Shown here: positions 63,169 through 64,000 of the stretch, in pieces
How positions within the stretch are numbered: the first letter of the stretch is position 1
Layout of the letters: each line of letters begins with the position of its first letter
Assembly: GCA_016302315.1 (NCBI GenBank)
Contig: JAEDNW010000001.1
Coordinates: 3,332 to 67,331, forward strand
DNA length: 64,000 nucleotides
Direction of reading: 5' to 3'
Source of the DNA: Lentisphaeria bacterium
GTDB lineage: Bacteria > Verrucomicrobiota > Lentisphaeria > Oligosphaerales > Oligosphaeraceae
Notes under the pieces: model-generated
What the model was told of the DNA's origin: nothing
The model's input: the letters and a program-made list of their open reading frames with translations, nothing else
Database searches by the model: none
Made by a program: the position numbers and the translations under genes

Positions 63169-64000
63169 ATGGCTGACCTCTCCGTGAATCTCGGGGGCAT
63201 CCCCCTGCGCAATCCCATCATCACCGCCTCGGGCACCTTCGGCTACGGGGAGGAATACGCCTCCCTGGTGCCCGCGGAAAAGCAGGGCGCCATCACAGTC
63301 AAGGGAGTCTCTCCCTTCGAGAATCCCGGCAATCCCATGCCCCGCACCACCGAGGTCTTCGGGGGAATCCTCAATGCCATCGGACTGGAAAACCCCGGCA
63401 TCGAAAAGTTCATCCATGCCCCCCAGTATCTTCCCCGCCTCCGCACGCTCCCCTGCCCCGTCATCGTCAACATCTGGGGACGCACCGTGGAGCAATACGG
63501 AGAGGTGGCGGCCCGTCTGGAAGAGGAAAAGGAGGGAATTGCCGCCCTGGAAATCAATATTTCCTGCCCCAATGTGAAGGCGGGAGGCATCGCCTTCGGC
63601 ACAGATCCCCGGGAGGCCGCCAAGGTGGTCGCCGCCGTCCGGGCCGCCACCACCCTCCCCCTCATCACCAAACTCTCCCCCAATGTGACCCATATCGCCG
63701 ATTTCGCCAAAGCCGTGGTGGATGCCGGCTCCCATATGCTCTCCTTGATCAATACGCTCACCGGACTCTCCATCGACCTGGAAACCCGACGCAGCCGACT
63801 GGCCAATTTCACCGGCGGATTCTCCGGCCCCGCCCTCAAGCCTGTCGCCCTGCTCAAGGTCTATGAAGCCCACCAGGCCGTCCCCCAAGTGCCTATTATC
63901 GGCATGGGAGGAGTCTTCAACGGCAAAGACGCCCTGGAATTCATGATGGCCGGCGCTACCGCCGTGGGCGTGGGAACCGCCATCTTCGTCACCCCCCAAT
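63169..64000 (+). CDS. pyrD: dihydroorotate dehydrogenase, class 1 catalytic subunit; C-terminal end runs off the window
   Basis: My translation from the ATG at 63169 gives MADLSVNLGGIPLRNPIITASGTFGYGEEY...NAIGLENPG...LEINISCPNVK.GG..FG...ITKLSPNV...INT...GG.SGPALKP.AL...IIGMGGV....DALEFMMAGATAVGVGTA. Confidence 0.88.
   Translation, partial: MADLSVNLGGIPLRNPIITASGTFGYGEEYASLVPAEKQGAITVKGVSPFENPGNPMPRTTEVFGGILNAIGLENPGIEKFIHAPQYLPRLRTLPCPVIVNIWGRTVEQYGEVAARLEEEKEGIAALEINISCPNVKAGGIAFGTDPREAAKVVAAVRAATTLPLITKLSPNVTHIADFAKAVVDAGSHMLSLINTLTGLSIDLETRRSRLANFTGGFSGPALKPVALLKVYEAHQAVPQVPIIGMGGVFNGKDALEFMMAGATAVGVGTAIFVTPQ

Noticed and set aside
1-64000. Search for mobile elements, CRISPR arrays, rRNA/tRNA genes, toxin-antitoxin pairs and defence-island signatures
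   Set aside because: No transposase, integrase or recombinase-like ORF was seen, and no terminal inverted repeats bracket a compositional shift. No spacer-repeat periodicity was seen. The only AT-rich islands are short promoter-sized intergenic regions. Apart from RuvC, the only nuclease-like genes are a TatD-family hydrolase and a stand-alone DnaQ-like exonuclease.

Overview
A visibly GC-rich bacterial chromosomal window of about 45 protein-coding genes. I found no rRNA, tRNA, CRISPR array, transposase or integrase. All calls come from reading the translated ORFs and the raw sequence; no database search, alignment or folding program was run. Product names rest on motifs I recognise, and they are least secure for the large secreted proteins.

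Positions 1-26.8 kb are transcribed on the minus strand:
- A housekeeping run: sugar-phosphate isomerase fragment, yebC, a 1023-aa membrane coiled-coil protein, pgi, tatD, single-chain purL, a DUF4230-like protein, murC, a DnaQ-like exonuclease and a GT2 glycosyltransferase.
- Two surface-protein units: a 1143-aa beta-propeller/cadherin-like protein, then a four-gene block at 26832->18661. The block encodes a secreted protein, a protein with tandem dockerin-like repeats, a 1511-aa adhesin-like giant and a beta-barrel OMP.
- The block sits behind a near-consensus sigma-54 promoter and ends at a strong terminator. A sigma-54 enhancer-binding protein with an atypical receiver domain is encoded divergently next to it.

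Positions 27-64 kb are on the plus strand:
- A 718-aa GreA with a long N-terminal extension.
- An RfaE-II/nitroreductase fusion, then DUF481, a U32 peptidase, a beta-helix protein and an ABC permease/ATPase pair.
- A TIGR04073-like protein followed by a PAS histidine kinase and NtrC-type regulator.
- A rhamnose block: rhaB, two unknown secreted proteins, rhaA, an ACT protein and a 1272-aa glycosidase-like protein.
- An operon of three SPFH paralogs, a P1B-like ATPase lacking the CPx cysteines, and an orphan ABC ATPase.
- ruvC and the start of pyrD.

The long GreA, the TIGR04073 domain and the dockerin-like modules suggest a PVC/Verrucomicrobiota-like organism; this is inference only.

The most interesting candidates are the sigma-54 surface-protein operon, the SPFH/P-type ATPase module, an identical AT-rich 15-mer sitting 23 nt upstream of two unrelated secreted-protein genes, and a 470-nt structured leader upstream of purL. 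Many very long ORFs in the track (up to 2019 aa) are antisense artefacts of the codon bias.
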